Shown here: positions 26,230 to 39,700 of the stretch, one piece after another
Layout of the letters: every line of letters starts with the position of its first letter
Position numbering within the stretch: position 1 is the first letter of the stretch
Assembly (NCBI GenBank): GCA_013265495.1
Contig: MU062119.1
Span: 930,001 to 994,000, forward strand
DNA: 64,000 bases
Origin: Vicugna vicugna
Taxonomy: Eukaryota
Direction: 5' to 3'
Made by a program: the position numbers and the translations under genes
The notes under the pieces: model-generated
What the model was told of the DNA's origin: nothing
Databases searched by the model: none
What the model saw: the letters and a program-made list of their open reading frames with translations, nothing else

Positions 26230-26640
26230 CCCAAGAAGGAATCAGAAGTTCAAAAAGTTTATTGTGGTTCACATCTAAGAAAGATAAAGGGAAGGGACAG
26301 GATTAGGTAGAAAGAGCCTTACACTATTCCTTAGATCTAACACTTGTGAAAAGAAGTGGGGAGGAAGATTTGAATAGGAGGAATTCAGAATTGCAGTGCA
26401 ACTGAGAATTTTAGCCAGCCCACCAGGGAGCTGAAGCACAAAGACTGCCCATAGAAGAATCTTCTTTGAATGGAAATACCCAGGCTCCACTCCCACAGTG
26501 CCCAATTACTAGGTAGGAGCCTCTGGGAAGAGCATGGCCTCTGGGAAGAGCACTATAGGATCTTGAAGGATCTGCAGCAACAGGTCAGTTCTTCTGGAGG
26601 GGAGATCTGAGGAGTGTACCTCTGTGGCTGCCACAGAAGC
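26230..26640 (-). mobile_element. LTR16-like LTR (paralogue of 5230-5635)
   Basis: Same motifs. Has a local tandem duplication of 'gcctctgggaagagca' at about 26519-26552. Confidence 0.65.
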
Positions 26641-26789
26641 TAGAGTGGAAGACGCTCTGTGACAATGTGATACTGACCCACCAAGAACTACTGAGGATGT
26701 TAAATTGAGCAAAGCAGCCAGGCAGGACTTCTTGGCACAGGCTTGGAATAGAACATGGGGCCTTCAAAACTGAATGTAGAGTTTAGCAC

Positions 26790-28900
26790 CAAAGTCCCTG
26801 TCAACCTGGCAGGAAGAGGGAACTCTGGATTGAGAATTGCCTGTTAGAATCGTCTTTCATTGGGCTGAGAGGGTCAAGTTTTTATGTAACTTCCCTTGCA
26901 TAGTCACTCACTGAACATGGGTTGCTCTCCCAAAGAGATTAACCTCAGATGGTAGAGCTCTCTGCAGCTGAGCTGGACCCTGGAGGAGCAGACAGCTGAA
27001 GGCTGTCTACTGAATACCTTCTCTCCATCTGGGCAGCAAGTCCTCCAAGGAAGGGGATCTAGATGATACATCTTTGTTTCTATCACAGCTGGTGTCATCC
27101 ATTGGAAAGATTGGTCATTATTCCACATTCCTTGGGCTGTTTAGGGAAAGATTACCCTTGGCATCTTGCCAATGGCACAGATAGAAAAACCTGCATCTAT
27201 CACCAGTGTGATGGTATCCAGGGAAAATCAGAGCTAAGACATTACAGTAGTTAGGCTTCTGTACCTACCATGCCACAAGGCTGCTGCACATGTGGCAAAA
27301 GTGAGCACTGTTGTACTATGACTAGCACAAATGATCTAGTATGTGCACTTATAAGAGGATGGTCACCGAGACACACATCATGAGATAAGTGATGCTAAGG
27401 GGTCTTAATAAGAGCTTCCCTGAGAACTACTTGCTTTGTGAATCCAAGTAATTTAGCCACAAGAGGCAAGAAATATTCCAGTCCAAAGCATGCATACTAG
27501 GAATGGTTAAAATAGACCCGGTGTCAGCCCCTGATTTTGGTACAAGGAATCAGGGAGTCTTAATACAAGTTCACATATAAAATAATAATGGCAGATAATG
27601 AAGGTAATCTAAGGTATGGCTGTTTGAAGGATGGATTGAGATTTCAGCCTCCTTGGGCCTGAGCACTGTCTGCCTCTTACCTTGTATTAACAGCCAGTCT
27701 TATTCCTATGGTGTAAGGAGCAAGAACTGTATGTGACTTCTATGTGTGATATTTTCCTGACAGTTTCTGAGCATTCCACAGACTTTGGCCACTGCCATCT
27801 TCTGATTTCTCAATTCTGTATCTGACCTTACTTCTATGTGGATCATCACTTAGCTTATTAAAAAACTAGTGACTCTTGGATAGGAGCCCTTTACCAGTCA
27901 TGGCCAGAGTGAAAAATAGCTTTGTAATCAATAGTCAAATGATGTTTCATACAAGAAATTTGAGACTGAGGTTGAACAATGATTCTGATCTTTAAAGGAT
28001 TTATTTATTAGTTTAAAATCACAAGCGGTGACAACAAAAGAGACCACAGGCTGGTCACTAACTCCCTTGAACTGCTTTCATAATTTGGAGGGGATGTTAA
28101 GGGAGGGGATAAAAATGGGGTGACATCGTACCACAGACTGGCCCTTTGCCCTCTCCTGCTTCCTCCCACTCCATTCGACAGGCATAGATCCCCAGACAGC
28201 CTCAGCCATCCACTAGGGAAGCTCTAGAGCTAGAATGCACTTCCAGACCTGTTCTGAAAGGTATGACCATGTAAATTCATTCTCTTGCCATGTAAGTTGC
28301 TCACTGGATAAGACGTGTGACCTGAGGCACATGCAGCTGAAGCAAGGCCTGAAGGGGCTGACGAAGGCTGCCTATGCCACGCCGAGAAGTAACAAGCCCT
28401 TCGTGGAAGGACTTTGCATTGTATCAGTGGCCACCATACAACGGGTGCAGTTTGTTCCACTGAAGGCCCCATGGCCTTGCTGCTAGGGCATGGTAAAAGT
28501 TCTGTCTGGAAGGGAAGTCTACAAATGAAGTAGGCAAAAGTGGGATTCTCATACTTCTAGGGCCTTTTTATAAACTAGCTGGCAGGTTAGAAAAACTGGC
28601 AGATAGTTCTAACCTGGATCAACATGGTGTACAATATGTAGAAAGGCTTTGCATTGCTTCATGTGTACCAGCTGATCTTAAATCTATAGCTTCCCAGCCA
28701 TGGCTCATCCAGGATGGGTCCAAAGCCTAAGAGCTGTTTTTGAGGCTGGGTGTGGTTACCGATGGCAATGGATTGTATGTTTCTGGAAACAATCTGGCTG
28801 AGTTTTGCCCCCATGGCCAGAAAATCCTCACTGAAGAATGTAAATCTTTCATATTGTTACTGGATAGAATAAAATACTACTAGGCTATCTGTCTACAATC
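26790..28900 (-). mobile_element. LTR16-like fragment (to ~27070) followed by degraded class III pol fragments
   Basis: 'ctggaggagcagacagctgaaggctgtc' is LTR16-like. The minus strand near 27180-27210 resembles the RT 'IDLANAFFSI' region with deletions. Confidence 0.4.
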
Positions 28901-29049
28901 CCGTTTCTCAAAGACAAATGATCAGACTTTGTATTCCAAACTGTGGTTACTTAATCTGAGTTCTCCCACAGGAGCAGAGCCTGACAAGGATTGAAAGCCA
29001 CTGCAGTAGATCACATGAAGGGAAGAAACCCCAATGTAAAAGTACACAT

Positions 29050-30420
29050 TGAGCTCGCAACACAGCACACTTTAACTTCTGCTCTCCCCCTGTCTGAGTT
29101 TCAGAGGCTATGCACTGAGATTTCCCGGAGCCTCAGCTGAGACACTTTACTTTTCAAACTATAAAATCATGCTGTTGCCTAGAAAACAAGGTCACAAACA
29201 GCATCCTCTTATTTCACATGTCACTTTACTTGGTATTTCCACTCAACCACTTTAAGATCAGTGTCTCTAACGCAAGGCTTCACATTTTCAGATCTGTCAG
29301 AAGATGCACACTAGTCCTCGGATAAATTCAAATCACTGTGACCTCATTTCTTTTCTCTATCTGAAACTAATGAAATCTACCAAGCCTAAAGCCATGGACA
29401 CTGATGAAAACTTAGAAGGTGGGAAACACTGTGTTACATTCCAAGGAATAAGACTGATAATTGTGCACTTTGCTTGAAGTCACCTTGCATTCCTCTTTAA
29501 CATGAGAAGAGCTGGTACTCTTGAAGCTTCTCTGTATGAAATACAGAATATAAAATGTCTGGAAGATTCAATACCCATCACTGACTTTGGATTAGCAGCA
29601 AGTGAATCTGATTCAGGGCAGAACAGGATATTGTGACAAGGACATCATTTGCTTCCAGTCCCTTTGCAAATAGGTCACAGGTTGTATCTAGGGGTTCACG
29701 CTGATCCCAGGTGTCACTGTTGACTTCTCTCCAATAACTGAGAGCATACACCTTTGTACTCAAATACGGGTTTGTGTATCTGGACAATCAGCCCCCCATT
29801 TTGATTGCCATAATAGGTTATGTTGGTCACTGTGGGGGGCATGCGGTTCTGAGTTCATTTCAGGATATTGTAAAATACCTTGAATTTACATATTTCTCTG
29901 TCCTTTTTTTCCCTTTGAAAGGACTAAATTGGCTTGAAACAGTGGTAGGAAGGTGTATAAAACTATTTTTGGAGAGAAATTGGGTATTTAATCCATCTAA
30001 GGACTAGACAGTGAAACATGTCTCCTCAACAAACTGAAAATACTGCAAGAAATGGGGGTATTTTTCTAAACCTTAGTATTCATATCAGTTTGTGGACACC
30101 AGGTCCTGAAAGTAGCAGATGCCGAGATGGGTTTAAAGGAACAGAGATCTTGAGGAATGCTTGTGTGAAAGGAAATAATGGAAGAGGGCTGGGAGGACCA
30201 TTAGTCTGATGTAGGTGAGACCCCAGTGAAGAAAGGAAAGTTTGCACAGAAGCATCCAAGACCACATTTCCCAACCTTCCTTGAACTGTGCGGCTGTTTG
30301 GGAGTGCTTGAATTGTCCCTGTCAACCCGGAAAGGGTCTACCTTAGTATTCCAGTTGTCCTTGGGGCGCAGCCCTTGGGAGGTGTGGCCGTGGTATCCAT
30401 GTAGAGAGGATTTCAAAGAA
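29050..30420. repeat. Duplicated module, paralogous to ~40000-41550
   Basis: 'ctctccccctgtctgagttt' (29082) ~ 40025; 'ctgactttggattagcagca' (29581) ~ 40705; 'aaattggcttgaaa' (29927) ~ 41020; 'gaccccagtgaagaaa' (30219) ~ 41335. Confidence 0.7.
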
Positions 30421-30600
30421 CAGGAAAGGCAGATATGTAATAACTAGTCATGCTTAATCACTGACTGTGAGAAGCATGGGGAGAGTGGCTTTGATATGAA
30501 TGCTTCAAGGGACCTAGAGGTGTGGCCACTGGAGGTTATAACTATCCTCCTCACAGGACCTTCTCTTGACGAGTCTGCCACCAGAGTCAAGTATTCCTAT
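30075..30600 (-). mobile_element. LTR16-like LTR
   Basis: Starts 'caggtcctgaaagtagcagatgccgagatggg...cttgtgtgaaagga'. Confidence 0.6.
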
Positions 30601-30779
30601 GTCTTCAGCTGTGGAACCCATAACACAGGGGAGCCTGACGAGATTGTTCTTAATTAGGTGTTGGGTAAATCAAGAATATTTGAGAGCCTAGTCTAGTAAT
30701 ATAGGGACAGTCTCTTCAGAAATTACAATATTTACCCAAAAGGAATGAAACCATGTGGTTCCCAAGTAAGCCTCATGAA

Positions 30780-32300
30780 AGAGACTAGAAGAATCTCTAT
30801 TCCAAAATCCTAACATGCCATAATTTTATTTGATCAGCAGAGGTTATCCTCCAAAACTGGCCGTGGATATCTGGCTTCCTATTCTAGGAACTTATGATCC
30901 CTGTTCAAAGACAGTAGGGTTAGCATTGCATCTTTGCCTCTGTGGAACATTCCTAGAGAGGTAAACTTTCCAATACATAGCTCAGTTGACTGTTCATTGT
31001 GATTATCTAGACATGATAGTTGACAGAGCTTCCAAGATCAGTTCCTATACCATGAACCCAGACCACCTCTTGGTCTGGTATCATCATAATCCCAGGATAA
31101 GGAGTTAACAGATCTTGACATTATTCCTGATGAAAGATGTCAACAGAAAACTTTCTTCCAGCATCAGTTAAGGTTCTAGTCAATAAGATGAATGAAAGGG
31201 ATCAAAAAAAGTTAGAGAAGCTTGAATGTAGGAATGGTACCAGACTGCATTATTGTAACAAAGTGCTTGGTCATTGGTAGGGCCTTACTGTTGTTTCCTT
31301 AGCCTGTGGGTAATCAAGGAGATGACCAAATGAAAGCTTCTCAAACTTGGCCTTAAATGGTCAAGATAGAAATATAAATATCGCATCCTGGAAGGAATTG
31401 GCAACAATAAGTTGTTAGATCTAATTTTCAGGTCCTGTTGTATCAGGTGAGGAGTCAATCGATGGGTGCCTACTATGTTTCACACATTATTGTGAGTCCT
31501 ACGAATTTTTGAAGTTATGCAGTGAACGCAGGAGACATAACCCTACCATCAAGCATATTTTAGACAGAACTTAAGCTCTCTTGTCAGAAAGTGTTACACT
31601 GCAAATGGAGTGGGATAAATGGAGTTGAGCATGCTACTGTGCAATAATAAAAATTTTAAATGGGCAGTGAGTGTTGAACTCACTGAAAGGACTCTGACCC
31701 AAAACTAAGAGGGAGTAAGCTTAGGTATAAAAAGGCAAACACAAACCAGATCTGCCTGCATCTTCCTTATCAGAAAGAACAACTCCCAGAGAATCCCAGA
31801 AGATGAGAAGTTGGAATTGTTACCATCAGTTTTTGTTCTTTAGTGAGAACTGTTACCGTGGCTGTTCAATCTCTTATGTAACATATCAACAGCTGATGTA
31901 GATAGTTAGTTGCTTTCTGACCCAAGTTTTCTAGTTATCTGCTTTACTGGGCAAAATGGATGTGTGTTAGCCATGCATTTGGAAAATGTAGCTACCTTGA
32001 GTCTGGAGCCCAAAGGAAACTAGGTACTGAATGGTTCCACTTGCCATTTATTCACTGATTAAATGTTTGAGATTCTGATTTGTGAAGCTGGCTAGCAAAT
32101 GCTTTCCTACTTCAAACTTTTATTAAGCATACAGGAAAATATGAAATCCATTTTTGAATTAAGTGCTTTTTCTCTTTTCTGTGGTGACACTTTGGGGGAT
32201 TCTGATCCACTGAGATGGAATCTGGCCTCTTTCTGCTTCAATTACCTTTTTTTTCTTTTCTATCCAACATCTGAGGGAACATGTTTCTATACTCAAGGTA
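30780..32300. repeat. Amplified unit, partial copy beta (shared module, ERVL gag/RT end, L2 31460-31570, core start)
   Basis: 'gactagaagaatc', 'gtcaagatagaaat...catcctggaaggaa', 'gtgcctactatgt', 'ctgacccaaaactaa' and 'ctgacccaag...ttatctgctttact'. Confidence 0.8.
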
Positions 32301-32499
32301 GGGATTGTAAAGCCAGATAATTAATGCATTCTTGACTTCCACAATGGAATGTGCAGGTCACTCTGTCCATGAGCCGTAGATCAGCTTCATCTCATATGAA
32401 GTGTCTTGAATTTAGATGGCTATCTAACTTCAGTTTATCCATTGATGGGCCAGATTGGCTTGAAAGGCCCTAACCTGTGGGTTGGGTGAGAACTGTCAT

Positions 32500-33600
32500 A
32501 ATGAAGACCAAAATGGACAACGCTAAAACTCGACATTTGGCCAAGATAAAAAAATCAAATACTGCAACATGGAAGGAAGTAGTTAGACCTAACTGACTTA
32601 ATCTTCACCTTCTGTATCAGTGGGTGCCTATGTGTCAGATACCACTGAGTCCTGGTGACATTCAATGGACTCAAAAGAAATTGCTGAAATCAAGAAGTTT
32701 CATGTATACTGAAAATAAAGTCTCTAGTCCATTAGGGCCTATAAATGGAACAGGATAAGGTGGGTGGGGGTGTCAACCATGCCAGCATGCAAGGATCTAA
32801 CTTTTAAAATGCTTGTTCAGGATTGAATTTTGAGGAGATTTTGACCCAAAACTAGGAGAAGAGGGAATAAAGACATAGCTTTGTGAAGGAGACAGAAAAG
32901 AGACAGATCTGCTGGCATCTTTCTGAGAGGGAAGCAGATCAATTTCCAAGAGACTCCCAGAAGATGGGAGGCAGAAGGGAGTTATCCATCATCTAATTGA
33001 TACTTGTCATCATGGTTGGGAAACTTTTAATACAATATAGAGCTGAATTTTCAGCAGTTTGGAATTAGTCACTTTCTGACCGAAGCTAATCATTTGATTT
33101 ACAAGAAAAAAATGAATATACTTCTGTCATCTTTCCATTTGAGAAATCAAGCTACCCCTGAGGCTGGCGAGTAGAGGAAATAAGCCACTCGGGATCCATT
33201 GGCCATTCCTCCTCAACCAGACAATCTTTCAGATCCTGATGCTAGCAAACACTTTGCTACTTTTTCAATTAAAAGTATAAATAGAAAATCAGGCAAATAC
33301 ACTGTTCCTTGGTCTAAGTGCTCCTCTGCTCTGTAGGTCTCGTGGTCTGATGAGACAGATCATGGCCACTGCCTCCTTTACGCACGTACCTACCCTCTCA
33401 GCTAACCCAGGCTCTGAGTGTTGCTTTAACTGTCCTGATCACCTTGCTATGATGGCCAAATGCTTAAAAGTCAAGTTACAGGCTTCTTTTACATCTGCGT
33501 TAGAGAGAGCTCCACATTGCAGACAGAAAAGTATTAGATGAGCCTCTCTGTTCCAACTTAGTAAGATCTATACCCGTGTGAGAGATTAATAGCTTGTTGG
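32500..33600. repeat. Amplified unit, partial copy gamma
   Basis: 'ggccaagataaaa', 'gtgcctatgtg', 'ataaatggaacaggataagg', 'ttgacccaaaactag', 'cccagaagatggg' and 'ggctctgagtgttgctttaactg'. Confidence 0.8.
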
Positions 33601-33959
33601 CAGTTCTAAATAGGCAAACCAATCGGCTCATAATGACCCCAGAGACTAGAAGAATCATGATTCTAGAGTCAAGATTGATTGATTCTAAGAGTTCACAATC
33701 CCTATTTATCAGGAGTGGAATTAACACTACATCTTGCTTCTGGAATATTCCTGCAGAGGTAAAGTTTATCAATAGAATAAATCAGTTGACTGATCATTGT
33801 GATTATTTGGATTCTGGCTGACAGTAAGTTCCTGGTACCACCTCACATCATGAACCCAGATCATCCTCTTTGCCTTGCTATCTTCCTAATCATAGGAGAA
33901 GGAAGTTTACAGGTCTTTGGATTCTTGATGAAAAGAATCAACAGAAAAGCCTCCTTCCT

Positions 33960-34920
33960 GCATCTCTTAGGGCTGGGTCTGCGAGATGAATAGAAATGGG
34001 ACTAAAAATACAGAAGTGTGATGCTAAAATGTCAGGAATGGAAACTCCAGCAGAAAGGCCCAGTGGACACTGTTTACTGAGCAATAAAGAATTGTTAACA
34101 ATGAAATATTGTTGAGAGCTAGCATTATTGAGAAACTCATTGGTGACTCTTTGTAGGCCAAGGTTGACAATAGAGATGACATTACAAATCTGGAATTCTT
34201 TAAAGCAGTAGGGATGATACAATCCAGAATTAATAGCAACTAGGAGGCAGTGTAAAATCATCAAAAGAAAGTTTGGGACAATTATCATAATGAGACACAA
34301 GATCAGCAGGGTTGACCAGGGAGAGTTAAAATGGTTACTAGAACAAGGCATCCCTAGGGGCAGGATAGACTGCTAAGAGTTACAGCTCAATCATTGCAAC
34401 CGAAATAAACAAAAAATGGAGGGTGAGGCTGAGGGCAGCCTGTCATGATCACCTGCCAAGTTTCCAGACCTGAGCATTTTCAGACCTAGAAACCAAGAAT
34501 TGAAAGAACTACATCCCCAAGATGAAAACCATGTGACCCCATGGCAAGTATATATGGTAATAACTTCCCATTTATTCCTCAAATGGCCTACCCTGTTCAC
34601 TTGGGTGTCCTACACTTTGTATTCCTCTGACCCAAACATTTCATGACTGTTACACCTAGATTCTAAGACAACATTGATACCTGGAGATCCATAGCATGAT
34701 ATAGTCCTCCTGTTAGGGAGGTTGTGTATTGGCCAGATAATTAAGTCACGACCCAAGCTCAGTGGCCACAGAACCACCCAGGGATAACTTCTCTACCAGA
34801 GTGCATACCTGGAATGAAGATATGTGGTCACTGGCACAATCCTACTGCTGTATTCTTACCTATAAGATAAGAACTATCATGAGTGGCCAAGATACAAAGT
34901 CAAATATTACATTCTGGAAG
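33960..34920 (+). mobile_element. ERVL (HERV16-like) gag C-terminal half, protease and RT start, degraded
   Basis: 'ccagtggacact...tgtaggccaagg...gggacaattatcataat...catccctaggggcaggataga...ccaagtttccagacctgagc' match ERVL gag; 'ggccaagata' matches the RT start. Paralogue at 43990-44940. Confidence 0.75.
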
Positions 34921-37900
34921 GAACTGGTGGGATCGGTTAGACCTAATTTTCAGGTCTCTCTGTATAACATGAAGATTCAATCAGGGTGCCTACTATGTGT
35001 AAGACACAATTGTAAGTACAAGTGAATACCAAGTGAATGCAAGAAAAATATCCTGCCGTCAAGAAGTTTAGTGTAGATTAAACATAAGTAAACTTTCTAG
35101 CCCATTAGAAAGTATTCACACTATACATGGAGTAGGGATAAAGGGGTTCATTCAGACATACCCAGGTGCAAAGATCTAAACTGTAAATTGGGTAGTCAGG
35201 GTTGAACTCATTGATGGAACGTTGACTCCCTAACAAGGAGGCGGTTTGGGAGTACGTAGGTAGCTCTCTGGAGGAGGCAGACATGAGTTGGGATTCTGCT
35301 GGCATGATTCCGATAGGCTAAAGCAGAGCAACAGCCAGAAGTTTCCAGAAGATGGGAAACAAGAGGAGTTACTCATTAGTTCCTGTTTCATAATGATTGA
35401 GATTTGATTCCACCAGGGCTACATTTCAATGCATTAGATAAAAGGTGAATTTTCAGGAACTAGTCCCTTTCTGATCCAAGTTTTCTAATCCTCTCCTTCA
35501 CTAGACAAAATGTCCGTCATCCTTCCAATTGAAGAATCCAGCAAGCTTCAGTCTGATGCCTGGAAGAAAAAGCTATGGATGTTTCCACTGGCTTTTTAGT
35601 CCTCAAAGTGTAATTCAGACACTGAACTCTGAGGCAGGTTATCAAAGAAATGATTTTCTACTTCAACTTTTTATTAAAGAAGCACACATGAAAGTATGCA
35701 AATATATGGTTTCTTAAATGAGCAAGTGCTTCATTTCTCTGACACTTTGGAGCCTTCTGATTTGTTAGGACAGAGTCTGGCTGCTGCCTCCTTGAATATA
35801 TTCACTACCTTTCCTGTTAGCTCACTCAGGCTCTGAGTTTTGTTTAAACTGTATAGGGAAGTTGTCATAATGGCCAAAGAGCTCAGAACTCCAATTACAG
35901 GTGGCTTTTATATCTCTGGATAGATGTTCTTACACACTAGATAGAAGAATGTACTAAAGAAGCCACCTCCCTGATGTGACTGGGTGAACAGCGTGGGATG
36001 TGTACTACATCAGAGGTTAATGGTTTATTGGTGGCTCTAAGTAGAAGAACAGATCAGCTCATCTAGAGGATTAGTACACTTTGAGTAGATAACTTTTTTA
36101 TTCTTGAGTGAACATATTCCTTAGGAAAGACAGAACCTTTTAAATCTGTAATACCACATACCTTTAAAATTTAGTCCTTGAATATATTGTTCTGTATGGT
36201 GTAAGGTTAGGTTCAATTTTCCTCTTGCATGTGATCAGTTATGCTAATCCCATTTTGAAATACCTGTCTAACTGAAACAGAGTAACAGTGGGCAGCTAGA
36301 ATTCACACCTCATATCTCAGTGCTTCAGCTGAGTCTGAAATTAGCAGGAAGAGCCTCAGTTTCCCAGGACTGAGTCTGGAACTACCTCATCTCCTGCCTG
36401 GGGTGGTGTGATGGGGACTATACCCAATCTTGGCCTCATCCTGGACAAACCATGGCCAAAGATGTTAGAGGTGATGAGCAGCATCTGGGCTTCCCTTTTG
36501 AGCATGAGGCTGCATGTCCCAGGTGACAGGGAGACATAATCTGAGGAAGGATTTGAATTATTCCCATACAACTGCAGAGAGATTCTCATCAAGCTTCCAT
36601 TTATACCTGAGGTACTATAGAAATCCATCCAAAAAGTACTGAGATTCCTTTTGGTCATGAAACATTAGCATATCGGCCCTGAACTTTATCTGTAATGGGG
36701 ACCAGAAACGGCAAGTTATTTTTTAGCTAATGTGGCAAGTCCAGATCTTTCATATAAAATCAAAGCATTGTATATATAAATGATTCCAGAAACACAGATG
36801 TGTGGACCTACTACTGAACAGGCACCAAAGCTGACCTGTGTCAGAGCTGACCTGTGAGTCAGGATTGTTGGTGGATGCAACGATACATATTTAATCACAT
36901 CCAAGTGGGGCAGGAGGTCCATTATGAGATCTCAGAACCACTTCTTGCGGCCTCGAGTAGAGAGAAAGATGAGTCCCAAAATGTGCCTTGGGATTCTACA
37001 CTAGTACCTGGCAAAAATCTGGAAGAGGAACCTGGCTCCTCTTTAGAGTCACCTTTCCTAGCTTGATCACTACTGCCAGCCTAGAAAATTGTGTCTGGGA
37101 CTACAAACACTGGCACCAAAAGGATAAGCTCCTGTTAACTAACTCTACCACCTCTGGTCTACCAATATGTCAGTGTGTTTGGAGAAGTGGGTGCCAAGCA
37201 TGTAGAAAATGTCCCTTAAAGGATAAGGGCGGGAGAAGGGAAGTATTGGAGAGCCATCAGAATGGGATGCAGGTCTGAGACCTGTGAAAGGAGTGAGGAA
37301 GGGAGGAGGACTAAGAAGAGCCTCTGTGTGCCAGCTCTGAAAAAGTTTTAGCCGGGGCAGCGGGCAGCCCTAATTGTAGATTCCTACATTGGACAGAACA
37401 AAAAATTAGGCTGGAACAACGTGGGGAGAACATGGTGTTGGCATGTCCCTGGTAGTAGATCCTGAAGGTCTGACAGGTGGAGACTGTCGCCCACCTACAC
37501 ACCTTGAAGGATGCCACAGTCGATATTGAGATAAATATATAATCATGCTTGACTTTACCAGAGAAAAAGATAAATGAGCTTTATCTCATGGCCATGTTAG
37601 ACACCAACCAGAAGAGCACCCTGAGAGATCCCAAAGGTTTTCTCTGCATCAGGAAAGAGTGCTAGGTTGAAAAACAATGTGTGCTTCCAAGGAAGAATGT
37701 GGCATCAGTGCTGTGCAAAATATTAGGGTATTTTGCCTGACTTCTGATTATTCCAAAAGACAAAGGGGCACAGGAGTGGAAGAGTTAGAACCTTGTTCAA
37801 CCAAGGCATGTATTAACTTCACATGTTTATGAACATTCACTTCCTGCTCGATATCTAGGGCACAAAAAGAAATACAGCTGAATAACATACCATTCTTGCT

Positions 37901-38575
37901 TTTAGAACTTACAAATTTTTGTGAAGACTATGTAGATGGTCAGTTGCAAGTAAAGCATTGGGTCTGAGCTTGAGTGCATAGATAAATTTTTTAAAAGAAA
38001 TCTGTTTCTGCTTCCTACACTGAGCAAGCAGATTTTTCCACTGCCAAGAGCTTCCTGCACAGCTTGGAAACCTCCTTGTCCCCTTACGAAGTGACTCTGC
38101 CAGGCAGCACTGGGAAGGACTGAACTTTTCCAGAGGAAGAGTTCCACTGAGGCTTTGAAGTAAGCACCAATCCCTGGTTGTGTCCCAGAAACGCTAAGCC
38201 CTGTGCAGGAAAGAAGCAGCAAAAAATGCTTCCTTCCCTCAGTCACAGCCAGAGAGCCAAGCAAGACTGGGCTACTGGGAGTATGAGTTCAGAACGTACT
38301 GCCTCATTTCAGTGTATCTCCAGTTCAGTATTTTCCAAACTGTCCTACAGAATAAGCATCTGTCTGGTTTCTGCAGAAGGTTTGAGAATGGAAATTTCCT
38401 AGCCTTGAGTTTCCATTTAGGAATATTCCATAAGAACTAGAATTACTAGTTGTATGACTTGTAAAACTGTGCATACCATGTACTTTAAGATTTAAAAATG
38501 TTGACCATACTAAGCTACAAAAGCTTAACTTCTATGTAGTAGAGATTATACATAAATATCATGCTATATATAGCG

Positions 38576-38616
<41 letters not shown>
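38576..38616. repeat. (CT)n(AT)n compound microsatellite
   Basis: Seen directly. Absent from the paralogous position near 9780. Confidence 0.95.
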
Positions 38617-39155
38617 ATCTTAATCCTATAAAGTAAGAAAATATTTAAATACAAATAAATGCTTGGTCTAAAGGGACACCAATATCATCTTATTTGATGG
38701 TAACCTAGCCCCATGGCTTTGAAGCCTGAAACTCAAGTTCTGAGAAATAATACGTTAAGGGTGGCCTTAAGGAGCAGACAGACCTGGGTTGAGGCTGGGA
38801 ATGGACCTGGACTCAAGTTCAGCAGTCCCCCATCTTGTCCTGTCACTGGTCAAGTTGTGACGTGCATGATAGGAGATACACGAGCTTGACTCAAATCTGG
38901 GCTGTTAGAGGGCTGCGGTTTTGGCATTATGTGTACCAATCTGATAAGCCTTTAGGGCTACAGCTTCCCGTGGGTTGGTTCATTCAGGATAGGTTCAATA
39001 TCTGAGCGCTGTTTTCAAGGCCAGATCTGGGTCACTGAAGGCAGAAATTTGCATGTTTCAGGAACAGACTGGCTGATACCTCTCCCTATAGCTAGAAAAT
39101 CCGTGTGGAAGAAGATAATCTCCATACTGTTAGACAGAATAGACAACCACAAGCC

Positions 39156-39700
39156 TGTTGAGAACTGCCGTGTCCAGCGCAGCTCGGGACTGTGTCTGAG
39201 GACGGGCGACCCAAGACTTAAGAAACAAAGAGACAAAGAGCGAAGATGGGACCAGGGACTCAAGATCTCGTGGATCCAGAGTGCCGCAAACCCGGTCGAC
39301 ATCATATTAGGAGTATACAGCTCAGAAAACAATGCAATCAGAGAGGTGGGGCTTTAGATAGTCCTTGCGGTAAGCACTAAGCTCTGCTTGCTGGTTAACT
39401 GATTTCAGGCCTATCCCTTCCAGGAACAATCCCCTCCTCGGGGTATGCAAAATTTCTTAGTCTATCCTGTTAATTGCCTCTGGGACATCTCAAGATAGCA
39501 AATATTTCCCCTGGGTTAAACCGCATGCTTTCATGCCAGAACAAAATTCTCTTAATGGATGATCTGGCTTTCCGGGACCAGCCATTGTTTTACCCTAAGG
39601 AAATATCTGCCCTCCTTGTGCCCTTATGGTCAATCTCAGGATTGACCCTCACAAATTTTCTTTAGCATATTACATGCTATAGGTCATCTACTGGGTAACA
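39156..39700 (-). mobile_element. Class I-type solo LTR, comparatively CpG-rich
   Basis: The minus strand begins TGTTACCCAG (39700) and ends ...GTTCTCAACA (39156). A U5-like 'tctttgtctctttgtttc' is present and many CpGs are retained. Confidence 0.65.

Larger units (their letters stand above)
20883..26780. repeat. Segmental duplicate of 1-5760
   Basis: Same order of elements and the same junctions (MER21|ERVL-int|MIR|LTR33-like|MaLR-int|LTR16). Roughly 80-85% identical by eye. Confidence 0.9.
33640..38700. repeat. Amplified unit, copy delta
   Basis: Colinear with 5780-9870 and 43560-48400. Lacks about 750 bp that alpha has at 8190-8940. Confidence 0.85.

Noticed and set aside
38715-38900. 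Possible SINE or small-RNA pseudogene
   Set aside because: Only a weak MIR-like resemblance, with no A/B boxes, tail or TSD that I can support.
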